From assembly GCA_038087875.1 (NCBI GenBank), contig CM075977.1, positions 35,030,001 to 35,094,000 on the forward strand: a stretch of 64,000 nucleotides of DNA, read 5' to 3'. A program made the position numbers and the translations under genes. The notes beneath the pieces are model-generated. The model was not told the origin of the DNA and made no database searches. It saw only the letters and a program-made list of their open reading frames with translations. This DNA comes from Malacoraja senta (Eukaryota). How positions within the stretch are numbered: position 1 is the first letter of the stretch; each line of letters starts with the position of its first letter. This document shows, in pieces, positions 48,693 through 61,350 of this stretch.

Positions 48693-51437
48693 TTAGAAAC
48701 ATAGAAACATAGAAACATAGAAAGTAGGTGCGAGAGTAGACCACCAGGCCCATCGAGCCCGCACCGCCATTCGCTCATGGCTGAACACTAAACAGACACC
48801 CTTACCCACAAACAGTAGACACAAGACACAGAACACAAGACACTACCCTCCCCTTTATATCGCTATCACCCCTCTCCACCCCAAGAACCGCGTGATCTCC
48901 TGGGGGAGGCAAAAAATCGGATAAAAACCCAGGTCCAATTCGGGAAAAAAATCCGGGAAATTCCTCTCCGACCCCAATCCAGGCGATCGACACTTGTCCA
49001 GGAGATCACTCAGGTCTTACTATACTAACCATACCTAGGTCCATATCCCTGCCCTCTCCCCGTAGCCCCTTATCCCCTTGGCAGCTAAAAAACCATCTAT
49101 TTTAGACTTAAATATATTTAATGTTTCTGCTTCCACTGCTCCCTGGGGCAGTGAATTCCATAAATTAACCACCCTCTGGGTGAAGAAGTTCTTCCTCATC
49201 TCAGTTTTAAAAGAGCCCCCTCTTATTCTACAACTATGTCCCCTAGTTCTAGTTTCCCCGATCATTGGGAACATCCTCAGTGCATCCACCCGATCAAGGC
49301 CCCTCACGATCTTATATGTTTCAATGAGATCGCCTCTCATTCTTCTAAACTCCAAAGAGTAGAGTTCCAGCCTACTTAACCTTTCCTCATATGTCAATCC
49401 CCTCATTGCAGGAATTAATCTTGTAAACCTTCGCTGCACTGCCTCCAGGGCCAGTACATCCTTTCTTAAGTATGGACCCCAGAACTGTACACAGTATTCC
49501 AAATGTGGTCTCACTAATACTGTGTACAGCTGCAGCAAGACCTCCGTGTTTTTATACTCAATCCCCCTAGCAATAAAGGCCAAAACTCCATTGGCCTTCC
49601 TGATTGCTTGCTGCACCTGCATACTAACTTTTAGTGATTCATGTACTACTACCCCTAGATCCCTTTGCGTTGCATTACAACGCAGCTCCACCTCATTTAG
49701 AAAATAACTTGCCCTATCATTTTTTTTCCCAAAGTGAATGACTTCACATTTATTAGTATTAAATTTCATCTGCCAAGTTGTTGCCCACTCACCTAGCTTA
49801 TCTATATCCTTTTGCAGACTCTTCCTATCCTCCTCATCCCCTACTTTTCCTCCCATTTTTGTATCGTCCGCAAATTTTGATATATTACACTTGGTTCCCT
49901 CCTCCAAATCATTTATATAAATTGTGAACAACTGGGGTCCCAGCACCGACCCTTGCGGAACCCCGCTAGTTACCGGTTGCCATCCCGAGTATGAACCATT
50001 TATCCCCACTCTCTGCTTCCTATTTGTTAGCCAATCCTCTACCCATGCTAATATATTACCCCCAATCCCATAATTTTTTATTTTTAGCAATAGTCTCTTA
50101 TGTGGCACCTTGTCAAAAGCCTTTTGGAAGTCCAAGTATACCACATCCACCGGTTCCCCTTTATCCACCCGGGTTGTTACTTCCTCAAAGAATTCGAGCA
50201 GATTCGTTAAACAGGACTTCCCCTTCACAAAACCATGCTGGTTCTGTCCGATGAAGTCATGTTTATCCAAGTGCCCCGTTAGTGTTTCTTTAATAATTGT
50301 CTCTAACATTTTACCCACCACCGATGTTAGACTAACCGGTCTATAGTTACCCGCCTTCTGTTTACTTCCTTTTTTAAATATAGGTGTTACATTGGCCATT
50401 TTCCAATCCACTGGGACCGTTCCTGCCTCCAGGGAGTTTTGGAAAATTATCACCAATGCATCCACAATCCCCACCGCTATCTCCCTCAAGACCCTTGGAT
50501 GTAATCCATCAGGCCCAGGGGATTTATCCTCCTTCAGTCTCATTAATTTCCCTAATACCACCTCCTTGGTGATCTTAATAGTATTTAGCTCCTCCATTCC
50601 TACCGCCCCCTGTTTATCCAGCGTTGGAATATTTTTTGTGTCTTCTATGGTGAAGACTGATACAAAATACTTGTTTAATGCCTTTGCCATTTCCATGTTC
50701 CCCACCAACAACTCTCCAGTCTCACCCTCCAATGGACCAACGTTCACCTTAGCCACCCTTTTTCTTTTTATATAGCTATAAAAACTCTTACTATTAGTTT
50801 TTATGTTGTTCGCTAAATTCCTTTCATAGTCTATTTTCCCCGTCTTAATTAATCTCTTAGTTATTTTTTGCTGACCTTTAAATGCTTCCCAATCCTCTAC
50901 CCTCCCACTATCTCTAGCTACCTTATATGCCCTTGCCTTCAGCCGAATACTATCCTTTATAGTTTTACTGAGCCATGGCTGACTGTTCTTTCCCTTACCC
51001 CTTTTTTTCTTCATAGGAATAAATTTTTCTTGAAGGTTATACAGTAGATCCTTAAACGTACACCACTGCTCATGTACCGTCTTATTCTTGAGTCTGCTAT
51101 CCCAGTCAACTTTGATCAGCTCAGTCCTCATACCTTCATAATCCCCCTTATTTAGACTAAGTACCCTAGCCTGAGTTTCAACCTGCTCCCCTTCTATTTG
51201 AATATGGAATTCGACCATATTGTGGTCACTTGTTCCCAACGAGTCCCTAACTATGACATTTTTAATTAATCCTGCTTCATTACACAGGACCAGATCCAAG
51301 ATTGCCTCCCTCCTTGTCGGTTCTGTGACATACTGTTCTAGGAACCCGTCTCTAATACATTCTATAAACTCTTCCTCTAGTCTACCCTGCCCAGTTTGGT
51401 TTGCCCAATTAATATGAAAATTGAAGTCCCCCATGAA
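48693..51437 (-). mobile_element. CR1 LINE, 5'-truncated, with intact ORF2 and a long, distinct 3' UTR
   Basis: Uninterrupted APE C-terminus plus RT; ~340-bp 3' UTR; (tttctatg)n tail at 48693-48722. Confidence 0.97.
49035..51434 (-). CDS. CR1 ORF2 endonuclease/reverse transcriptase (N-terminally truncated, ~799 aa without stops)
   Basis: MGDFN, SDHN, KSPGPDG, NYRPVSLT, QHGF, YLDFQKAFDKVPH, PQGSVLGP, FADD; the first ~37 aa of the ORF-track entry are flanking non-CR1 sequence. Confidence 0.9.
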   Translation of the reverse strand: MGDFNFHINWANQTGQGRLEEEFIECIRDGFLEQYVTEPTRREAILDLVLCNEAGLIKNVIVRDSLGTSDHNMVEFHIQIEGEQVETQARVLSLNKGDYEGMRTELIKVDWDSRLKNKTVHEQWCTFKDLLYNLQEKFIPMKKKRGKGKNSQPWLSKTIKDSIRLKARAYKVARDSGRVEDWEAFKGQQKITKRLIKTGKIDYERNLANNIKTNSKSFYSYIKRKRVAKVNVGPLEGETGELLVGNMEMAKALNKYFVSVFTIEDTKNIPTLDKQGAVGMEELNTIKITKEVVLGKLMRLKEDKSPGPDGLHPRVLREIAVGIVDALVIIFQNSLEAGTVPVDWKMANVTPIFKKGSKQKAGNYRPVSLTSVVGKMLETIIKETLTGHLDKHDFIGQNQHGFVKGKSCLTNLLEFFEEVTTRVDKGEPVDVVYLDFQKAFDKVPHKRLLLKIKNYGIGGNILAWVEDWLTNRKQRVGINGSYSGWQPVTSGVPQGSVLGPQLFTIYINDLEEGTKCNISKFADDTKMGGKVGDEEDRKSLQKDIDKLGEWATTWQMKFNTNKCEVIHFGKKNDRASYFLNEVELRCNATQRDLGVVVHESLKVSMQVQQAIRKANGVLAFIARGIEYKNTEVLLQLYTVLVRPHLEYCVQFWGPYLRKDVLALEAVQRRFTRLIPAMRGLTYEERLSRLELYSLEFRRMRGDLIETYKIVRGLDRVDALRMFPMIGETRTRGHSCRIRGGSFKTEMRKNFFTQRVVNLWNSLPQGAVEAETLNIFKSKIDGFLAAKGIRGYGERAGIWT

Positions 51438-51649
51438 AATGTAGTCTACCAACTTGACTATTTTTAGGTTGTGGATTTTAGGTTTTAGAAAATGGAGCAC
51501 CCACACAGCCACAGGGAGAACATGCAAACTCCACACATAGAGCACAGAAGGTCAGGATTGTATAGTCTCTGAGGCAGCTTCTATAAGCTATGCCACTGTG
51601 CTACATGTAAAACAGTGCAGAACAACAAATATGCAAAAGAGACGCTGCA

Positions 51650-52500
51650 AATGAGAGAAGTCAGAGGGATCAGTGCATGAATCACAAAAGGTTAGCAGGC
51701 AGGTGCAATGCGTAGTTAAGAAGGTAAATGGCACATTGCCTTTATTGCTAATGGGTTAGAGTTTAAGAATCCAATTCCTCAGAATGTTGCTACACCTGGT
51801 ACACTGTGCACTGTTTTGGTCTCCCTACCCAAAAGGTAGCTTTGGAGACATTCCAAAGAAAATTTCCCATGCCAGTTGTCTTACTATATAGAAAGGCCAG
51901 CTTGTTTGGGCTCATATTTATTGGAGTTTAGATGAATAATGGTGAACTTACGAAAACATCTAGGATCTTACGGATGCTTAAAAGAGTAATGTTGAGATGT
52001 TTCCATTGGTGGGAGAGTCACGGGAATATGTTCTCCTAGAGCGAGATTCTCTAGAATTCTCTGTCCATTCTCTTAGATGGTGCTGAGATGCTCAGATATA
52101 TTTAAGGTGGAGATGGATAAGCATTTGCAAGTTCGAAGAATTGAGGGTTAATGGGAATTGACACTGTAGAGGATTTGAGGCCAGGATAGATCATGTTAAG
52201 GGCCTGTCCCACTTTCACGACCTAATTCACGACCTTTTTTACTCGTGGACATTTTTCTTCAGGCTAGAAAAACGGCCCAACCTACTTGATGCCACGAGCA
52301 CCTATGACTAACATCACGGCCTGCTACGACCTACCTACGACCTCCTACGACCTCCAACGAACTCGTGACGACCATGCTGCGAGTACGAGTCAAGGGCAAA
52401 CTCGGCAGAGGTCGTGGATTAGTTCATGAAAGTGGGACAGGCCCTTTAAATGCCAGGGTCAGCTTGAGGGGCTGGGTGGCCTACTCCTGCTCCTATTTTC
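51650..52500 (+). mobile_element. Old, degenerate CR1 3' fragment interrupted by a MITE
   Basis: ttttggtctccctacc, ttggagtttaga and cctactcctgctcctatttt motifs. Confidence 0.7.
52199..52445. mobile_element. PIF/Harbinger-type MITE
   Basis: TIR AGGGCCTGTCCCACTTTCA..; TSD TTA at 52196-52198 and 52446-52448. Confidence 0.9.
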
Positions 52501-55129
52501 CTGTGCATGAATACATTAGGGATACTGGCTCGAAAACTGCAAAGAATACCTAAAGACAATAAACCTACATGCTAAAATGCATGCCTCTCTGGATAGTGAT
52601 GGTGGCAGTATTATAATTTTGAATTTACATTTCACTGACCAAGTATTAAAAGGACTTATCAAAACACCAAAAATCATTACATTATTAATTGATTTAATTT
52701 TCAAGAGGATAGATGGCCATGATTTTTGCTGTCTTGACTTTTTGCAGGTTTATTGCAGGTTGTGTATATCAATGAGAAGTCATTGTCCTAATGATCCTCC
52801 CTCACTGTTCTAACCACCACTGTTCCAACTATCTGTCATGCTCTAATTATGAAATGGATTTAGCAAAAAAGAAAGCAATAGCAAAGATAGAAATCTCTCC
52901 TTAATCTGTGACTTATGGCAGCTCTCCATACATCAGCTGCATGGTGGCCTTGTTACTTCCCTCATATGTGGAAATGGGCTAAGGAATTGGTGACAAAATA
53001 AAATCTGCTAGCAACAGTGAGCTTCAAACGTCACAATGTCACAAGTTACCACTTCTGAACACACAAAGGAAAGCGATTGTGGTTGTGAGAGGTCACCATT
53101 GACCAGAATCTTAACCAGACCAGCCACATCCACAGGTCAGAAGTGTGATGGATACTCTCCACTTGCTTAGATAAAGCATTAACCATGTGCACCAAGGATC
53201 TTTGAGCTTCAACCATTGAGCTGAGCCTATCTGCATTTATTTAAGGGCGTTTACATTATTTGCATACATGCTCACTTTAGATTAAAATAGGAGGGAAAAG
53301 GACAAACGATGACCCAAAATGTCAATGTTATTTTCCCTCTAGATATACTGCCTGGCTGCTGTGTTCCTCCAGCACTTTTCTTTGTGCTAATTGTCTGTGT
53401 ACTCATTGTTTAGGGCAAGTTCCATCTCCCATATTTTTCCTAAAAAAAGTGTTTAATTTTAAATCATGATCAAATCTTTAATTTTCTAATAACGTTTTCC
53501 AGATCCGTATAATTATATTATCAGTTTCATTCTGACTAGTTTCAGTTAGTTGTTAAATAACGGTGTCTTGTGAAATAACTATGGCCTTTCCTTTTTTCCC
53601 CCTTTGCTAACAGCCACTCCTTTCCCTACTTCCGCTGATATCTGTTTTTTTTCCATAATCGCTTGATTTTGTTATCAGTTTGGGTGGACCAGCTCCTTGG
53701 TGTATTATGAGGGTGGGTCACCCTCTTCAGAGGATATCATCTGATGATGCAGCTCTTTGGGCTTTGCGTCATGGAACCTACAACCCATTGACTATTTCAG
53801 TAATGGACCCCTTCTAGCTGATTTCCTCATTCATTTCCTTTGATATTCTGCAATGTTGGACTTGACACTCCAAATGCAGTTAATTATTGAAAGATCTTCA
53901 AATCAAGTGCTTTACTAATGTCCATTTATAAGTTGTTGACATTTCCCAGTATGAACAAATTTTACATTTATACTTTTCTGATCAACCTAATTAATCCGCC
54001 CAATTGTCAAAATAGCAACATTGCAAAAAATGAACATGTTGTTTTAATCTCAAGCTCATATTTCTATTTTTCTCCATGTCTTGAAAAATTGAGTGCAGTT
54101 GCCCACAACAGATTGAATTTTCCATTATCTTGCCTCCTTCCATCATTTAAAATCTTTATTTTAGTTTATTTGAGGGCATATAGGAATTGTTGGTTTGGCA
54201 AGTATTAATTGCTCGTAAACTAAGTGATTTGCTAGATCAGGAAGGAAAATAAAACACATTGCTTTGAATTTAGTCATTTATAGGCCAGACTGGGTAAGAT
54301 ATCAGCTTGCTTTTCTTAAAGGACTGTAGTGAAATGTTATTTTGTTCTTACACCATTCTAGTAATCACCAACACTAAATTTTTATTCCATATTTGTGAAA
54401 TTACTTGAATTCAAATTTCAATTTGCCAGAGTGAGATGTGAACTTATCTCCAAGTCACTGGCCCAGTAATTTAACTTGTTTAATTTAATAAATCTGGAAT
54501 TAAAATCAAGTATCAGAGATGACCATAAACGACAGGAATTATTTATATACACTCTTGGTATCTTTGTTCTTGCAAGGATATTTTCACTGATAAAGAGACA
54601 CCTTATTGACTGATCCCTATAATAATTTTGAAAATCCACTTTGTTTTTCCAATTTTACACATTCCTTTACTGAACTCTCATCACAAACCTGGAATCTGTC
54701 CATCCAAAGGACAGCGCACTTATTATTCTTGGCCTTCATTCTTATTTTGATATCAAATCTCACTACACAGAGATCACTAAAGCCTGAGGGCACCACCTAC
54801 TTCCAGGTTACCAGTCATTTCTGGTAGCCTGCTAAATGTTAAATCTACTTGAACATCTGTCCTCAAATCCTGCCTCAATAACTAATTCTGTATAAACAGG
54901 AAGTGAATTATTTTACTCTTGAAAATATGCAAAGATCTTACTTTTAATATCGCTGCCTTTTCTTCTACTTGACAGATCAGATCTCCATTAGAAGTTAATA
55001 ACATCCCGAGACAGAGATATGGATGTATTAATTTGAATGCCATTATCACAGATTCACAAAACAATGACAGTATATAAGGCCTTTTGGCCCATTGTGTCAA
55101 TGCCTATCTAAAATGGATCACCGCCCTTT

Positions 55130-55670
55130 CATAGAAACATAGAAACATAGAAATTAGGTGCAGGAGTAGGCCATTCGGCCCTTCGAGCCTGCACCGCCAT
55201 TCAATATGATCATGGCTGATCATCCAACTCAGTATCCCGTACCTGCCTTCTCTCCATACCCTCTGATCCCTTTAGCCACAAGGGCCACATCTAGCTCCCT
55301 CTTAAATATAGCCAATGAACTGGCCTGAACTACCCTCTGTGGCAGAGAGTTCCAGAGATTCACCACTCTCTGTGTGAAAAAAGTTCTTCTCATCTCGGTT
55401 TTAAAGGATTTCCCCCTTATCCTTAAGCTGTGACCCCTTGTCCTGGACTTCCCCAACATCGGGAGCAATCTTCCTGCATCTAGCCTGTCCAACCCCTTAA
55501 GAATTTTGTAAGTTTCTATAAGATCCCCTCTCAATCTCCTAAATTCTAGAGAGTATAAACCAAGTCTATCCAGTCTTTCTTCATAAGACAGTCCTGACAT
55601 CCCAGGAATCAGTCTGGTGAACCTTCTCTGCACTCCCTCTATGGCAATAATGTCCTTCCTCAGATTTGGA
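55130..55670 (-). mobile_element. CR1 LINE 3' fragment (young subfamily)
   Basis: ORF 55229-55633 encodes the CR1 RT C-terminus; near-identical to 29820-30437. Confidence 0.95.
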
Positions 55671-55774
55671 ATCTATTTGGAATTTCCAACTATCAACAGG
55701 TTCCGAGCCTTTAATATAGGAGAAGCAGCACTCAATTTGTCCATATAAGTACCCACAACCAGCAATTTGAGTGT

Positions 55775-56195
55775 AAAGTGTCCATTTAACTCCCCCTCCC
55801 ATTCTTACACTGACCTTTAAGTCCTGGGCTTCCTCCATTGTCAGAGTGAGGCCCAGCGCAAATTGGAGGAACAGCACTTCATATTTCGCTTAGGCAGCTT
55901 ACACCCCAGCGGTATGAACATTGACTTCTCTAACTTCAAGTAACTCTTGCTTTCCCTCTCTCCCCATTCCCAGTTCTCTGACCCGTCTTACTGTCTCCAA
56001 CTACATTTTATCTGTTAACTTTGTTGTTACAGTACCTTCTCCCAGCTAACAATGATCTATTCCACATTTTCCTTGATCTCCATTCCCTTTGCCCTGTTTT
56101 CACACATCCTTACCTATCTATCTCCCTCCCCCCTGATGTCATTCCGAGGAAGGGTCACGACTCAAAATGTCACCCATTCCTTCATTCCAGAGCCA
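55775..56195 (+). mobile_element. Penelope-like element 3' end (GIY-YIG C-terminus plus pseudo-LTR)
   Basis: HFNSPSHS...RKLEEQHFIFRLGSLHPSGMNIDFSNFK*, followed by a pyrimidine-rich pLTR and a degenerate hammerhead core at ~56144-56171. Confidence 0.85.
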
Positions 56196-57844
56196 TTTCC
56201 TGCCTTCATCCTATAACTCCTGACACCATTCAGTGAAGCAGATGTCAAATACTTATCTTAATAAAGTCAGAATGTCTGAAAGCCATCCTGGTTTTGAGAA
56301 AGACACAAACTGTTTTGTTCTTGCTCACTGCAGTAGATGGTCCACTATTGATGATGAATATGTGGTTGTTTCCATTTTAGGGATTGATATGCTCATTGCT
56401 GCCCAGGAAATAGAGAATGGTTGCATTTGGGCACTGGTTACAAATAGACCAGATTGTTTACCTGACATCAGCAGCCCTGTGGTGAACCATAGGCTATATA
56501 CAGTCTGTTGTATTGCATTTCCTGGTCTTCCACGAATCTTGAATTCAGAGAAGAAAAAGGAGGTTCGGAGCACTGCATCCGACCTCTGGCTTACTATGCT
56601 TGTGTGGAAGTCTGATTGTGCTGAGCCTCGTGCCACCTACGGTTGGCTGCTCTCCATGGAACTATTGCCTGAGGAAAACTTCAATGCAGTTGACAGAAGC
56701 CAGCAACAACTGAGAAACATTCTGGAAAGCACTTTGAACCTTAATTTTTTCATTGGGAACATTCATATCTCCAAATAGCAGGAGGAGCCCACCACTGGCC
56801 ATACTACCCACTTCCCCACTCCATCAAATAAGTCTTGCCCCACATATAGCAGAATCTATGGATCGATCCCATTTTCTCCTCAGTCACTCCAGGACTCTGA
56901 AAACTGGAGTAGAAGCAAATCACCTTTGACCCCAGGGACTACCTAAGAACCTACGTGAGGTGAACCAACTCAGCCTTTTGATAATATATTAAAATTATCT
57001 CACAATCTTTGATAATTCATTCCAATTTTGTAAAATAGTTATTTGGTTAATCAACAACAGTTGGTTTGAGTCATCAAACTGTCTTTAAGATGAGAAACTA
57101 TACACAGTAACAGGGAAATTGTGCTCCTCAATGAAAGCAAATCCAATATATTAGTTTTCCAAAACAGTATTTTGCAGTAAATAATAATAATGCTATTCAA
57201 AGACATGTATTTGACTTGGTCTAGACAAATTCTGATTAGCTTCACCATACATGCACTCCTTGGGCTTTGTTTTGCCAGCCAAACTGGTGACTAAGCAACA
57301 GAATACTCCCACTTCTGAATCAGATCAATTGGACACTCTCCAAGCCATCTGACAAGTATAAATTCAAATTTGGCTACTGAACTAAACTTAAACTGTTTCT
57401 AATTAAACAAAAAGGCCAGGGTTGTGTTTTAAATGGTAAAGGGAAAGGAACACAGAAATTGGCTTTTGTTAAAGGAACTTTATCGCTATAAAAAGAAATG
57501 AGTCAGGCAATGCAACTGGGGAATAATCATATTTCTTGAAATTGTAAATAATTGGCTTCAGGCAGATTTAAGTTCTAAGAGGTAAGAAAAAGGTCAGGAA
57601 AAAACAAAATGGGCTGCGTTGGAACTGAAGTACTTAGGAGGGCAATGAATTAAAGTTAGGCTTTTCTAGTCATTACTCTAATTTCGGCAGGAGGAAAGGA
57701 CACACCACGATGAAAGAATATAAGACATGTTCCATACATTATATATCTAAGGGATCCAAGTCTGAGAGACACATGTGAACTGTGACTTCCAAACATCCTC
57801 CTGTCCCAAAAAATATTTGGGAGTGGTGTTTCTGGAGCTTACAT

Positions 57845-59345
57845 TCATGGAACGGTACAGCATAGGAATAGACCCTTCAACCTACAATGTCTGTCTTGAA
57901 CACAATGACAAGTTGCACCAATCTCCTCTGCCTGCATTTCATACATATCCTTCCATTCCCTGCATATCTAAGTGCCTATCTAAAAGCCTCTTAAATGCAA
58001 TTGTGTTATTTGACTCTACCACCAGCCCAGGCAGCGCATTACAGATACTCTGTGTAAAAATCTTCCCCCGCACATCTTCTTTAAATTTTGGCCTCAGACC
58101 ATAAAGCTTTACCCTCCAGTCTTTGACGGTACCCGGACGTGGCTCCGATGGATGAGAAGCCGAAGCAAAGAAGTGGAAGCCAAATAACTGAATGGAAACC
58201 AAGCCGAAACGCCAAATAACCGAATGGAAACCAAGCCGAAACGGCGGGATGCCTAAAAGCCAACTAACTGAAAGACTGCGTCGCCTAAAAGCAAACTCAC
58301 CAAATGGCCGCTCTGCCGAAATGCCACCTACCCGAAAGGCGGCGTTGCCTACAAGCCAATGAACCGAATGCCGCTCAACAGAAAAGTCAAATAACGGACA
58401 TGACGTTGTCGGGGGCGGGACTTGTCAGTGATTGGTCCAGACCCCCGCGTCCATCACATCACTGTGGAGGGATGAACACTGTCCCACACCTCCGCTCCAC
58501 CCGACCCACAGCCCGCGGAGGGTGGACGTGGGAGAGTGGGGGCTGTCCCAAGGGATGCGCACCTTCGGCCGCTTACAACTTGGTGCTTGGGTTCAGATTG
58601 CCCAGTCACCTACGGCTTGTGTGGGAAAATGACCCCCAACCTCCCGCCGGTGGAGACGGGAATGTGGGGGCCGAAGGAGCACAACCCTCGGGACAGCCCC
58701 CACTCTCCCACGGCCGCCCTCCGCCTCATCTCCCCCATGCAGCCGCACTGTGACGGACAGTGGGTCGGGTGGAGCAGAGGTGTGGGACAGGCTGGTCCCT
58801 CCGACCACCCAGAGTCACTGACCGCGATGCACCACCATCGGACCCCAACCCCCACACCAGGGCGATTCCCCCCCCCCGACCCCCGGACCCTGACACCCAC
58901 ACGGGCCGCGGGGACAGACGGCTCGGGGCATAGTAAATCGCTTTTAAAACATGGGAACTGGGCAATCTGAACCCAAGCAACAAGTTTTTTAGCGGACAAA
59001 GGAGCGCAACCCTCGTTGGGGGGGGGGGGGGGTGTGGAGTGGAGTGGGAGGATGATAAAATTGTTCGTTGTCATGCACATTTGTCATCGGCCCACCAGGG
59101 AATGTGTGAGTCCCCCCATGTTTTAAAAGTTTGTCTATCCTCATTGTATATAAATTGATGAAGCGTACACAAAACCTCCGATGTTCCAGAGAAAACAATC
59201 TTAGTTTTTACAACTTCCCCTTGTTGCTTATACCCTCTAATCTAGGCAGCATTCTGGTAAACCCCTTCAGCACCCACTCTCAAAGGCTCTACATCTATGC
59301 TGTAATGAGGCAACCAGAACTGCACAAAATTCTCCAAATATGGTG
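57845..59345 (-). mobile_element. Old CR1 3' fragment split by an unclassified insertion
   Basis: CR1 tail at 57845-58127; CR1 resumes at ~59130 (ccagaactgcacaaaattctccaa). Confidence 0.7.
58128..59115. mobile_element. Unclassified GC-rich insertion with subterminal direct repeats and internal inverted repeats
   Basis: Interrupts a CR1 copy; repeated gccaaataac(c/t)gaatggaaaccaagccgaaacg; inverted pairs 58479-58509/58760-58790, 58527-58570/58669-58712 and ~58577-58606/58957-58986. Confidence 0.55.
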
Positions 59346-59664
59346 AAGGGTAGTTCTGATCACCAGAGTGGCAACATAGAACAAGGTGGCAAGTGAAGAA
59401 GGTAAATGTTGCAAGGAAAATGACACAAGGCTTGTAGAAGTGGCTTCCAGTACCAGAGAAACAAGTCCACTTTGTAGGTAACATATTGTGAATCATTTTC
59501 ACTGAGCTACGTTAAATGATGGAAAAAATTAAGAATACTCCATTATTTTCTGTCCACAGTGAAAGTGAAAATTACCCACCTTCTTGCTTGTCCTGGATTT
59601 TTGAAAGAAGGATGCCACAGTGAAAGCAAGGCTTGTATTCATACAGTGCTGTTTAGAACGGTGT

Positions 59665-59990
59665 ACCAGGTGTGGCTCAGTTTGAGCAGACATTCAAGGC
59701 CCTCTGCAGATACTTCAGCATAATGAGTTCAATTGCTACTCCATTGGAGGTGGTGTCTTTTGGACAGCAGTGCAAACTAAGGTCCTATGAACTCTCTCGG
59801 GTGGAAATAGTAGATCTCATGGCTCTATTTCAAAGAAGAGAAGGAGATATCCCTCTGGCCAACAACAGCTGAAAGCAATAATCTGAATGTGGGCGTTTGC
59901 CATATATCACTACATTTAATATAACACTAACCAGTTACTTCAAAATAGTTTAATTGGTTATAAAGCACAAAATTTGCTTTGGAAATGCAA
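59665..59990 (+). mobile_element. DeuSINE (SacSINE1/AmnSINE1-related) remnant
   Basis: ggaggtggtgtcttttgga...aaactaaggtcct...agatctcatggctctatttcaaagaagag..ctggccaa resembles the Deu-domain as I recall it. Confidence 0.65.
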
Positions 59991-60449
59991 ATCTATTTCA
60001 TTTCAGCCATCTTAGTGCTTAACAATCAATGAAGAGCAAGATAAAACATTTAGGATGGGAGTTGATTAACAAATGGTTTCGTTAGATAGGTGAGTTATTG
60101 CCTAGTGTAAGTTACCCATTTCATATATAGATGGGATGTTAATAGGTATGTCAGAGAGAAATGGAAAATAAGGAGGAGCGGTGAGTGGGATTGTCTGGAG
60201 AACTGGCATGTATTCAACGTGTTGAACAGTTTGCTATGTTGTACGAAAGTACATGAAATATATTTCATAGTGGAAATAACAACTTAGACAAGATTAGGAT
60301 GGAAACCTATAGTTAGGTGTCAGATAATACAACAAAGGCAGGATGGTGACACCTGGAGACATGATGATGCCTTTTTAAGGATAATTATCGGTTATATTGT
60401 GACTAAGTGGTGGCAGGTAGTGGATGATTTAGCAGGTCAGTCAGCATGT

Positions 60450-60785
60450 TTTAGTTTTTAGGTTTTTTTCATTGTTTCATACAACGCGGAAACAGGCCCT
60501 TCGGCCCACCGAGTCCACACAGACCAGTGATTCCCGCACACTAACATTATCCTACACACACTAGGGACAACTTTACATTTTACATTAATACCAAAGCCAA
60601 TTAACCTACAAACCTGTACGACTTTGGAGTGTGGAAGGAAACCGAAGATCTCGGAGAAAACCCACGCAGGTCACGGGGAGAACGTACAAACTCTGTACAG
60701 ACAAGTACCCGTATTCGCGATCGAACCCGGGTCTCTGGCACTGTAAGGCAGTAGCTCTACCGCTACGCCACTTTGCCACCCACCG
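60450..60785 (-). mobile_element. Full-length tRNA-derived SINE (HE1/V-SINE-like)
   Basis: Minus-strand head gtggcgtagcggtagagc...gggttcgatc (A and B boxes); CR1-like 3' tail. Confidence 0.88.
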
Positions 60786-60947
60786 TGTGCAAGAAGAATA
60801 TATTTCTCTCCACATATGCTGCCTGACCTGCTGAGTATTTCCTATATTTTCTCTTTTATTTTAGATTTACAATATCTGCAGGTATTTTTTGCTTCTTAGT
60901 CGAAAAAAGAACATAGAGCATAAAACAGAACAGCACAGGCAACAGGC

Positions 60948-61147
60948 NNNNNNNNNNNNNNNNNNNNNNNNNNNNNNNNNNNNNNNNNNNNNNNNNNNNN
61001 NNNNNNNNNNNNNNNNNNNNNNNNNNNNNNNNNNNNNNNNNNNNNNNNNNNNNNNNNNNNNNNNNNNNNNNNNNNNNNNNNNNNNNNNNNNNNNNNNNNN
61101 NNNNNNNNNNNNNNNNNNNNNNNNNNNNNNNNNNNNNNNNNNNNNNN
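60948..61147. other. Assembly gap (200 N)
   Basis: Run of N. Confidence 1.
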
Positions 61148-61350
61148 CAGGGAGTTGCGGAGGGAACAGTTCTATGGAAAGTGGAAAGATGTGGCTAGTG
61201 GTGGGATCCAGTTGGAGGTGGTGAAAAAGTTGGAGATTTATGTGCTGTATGCGTCAGCTGATGGAATGAAAGGTGAGGAGTAGGGAGAGTCTATCCCTGT
61301 TGCGACTGGGAGGGAGGGAAGCAGAGCAGATATTGGTGGATACCGAGAGC
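61148..61350 (-). mobile_element. Penelope-like RT thumb/linker fragment
   Basis: Minus strand reads LTFHSIS..IQHINLQLFHHLQLDPTTSHIFP, a Penelope-type motif. Confidence 0.65.

Noticed and set aside
51435-51545. N-terminal extension of the 836-aa ORF
   Set aside because: Chance read-through into flanking SINE-like sequence beyond the CR1 truncation point
60889-61224. ORF spanning the N run
   Set aside because: Artefact of the assembly gap
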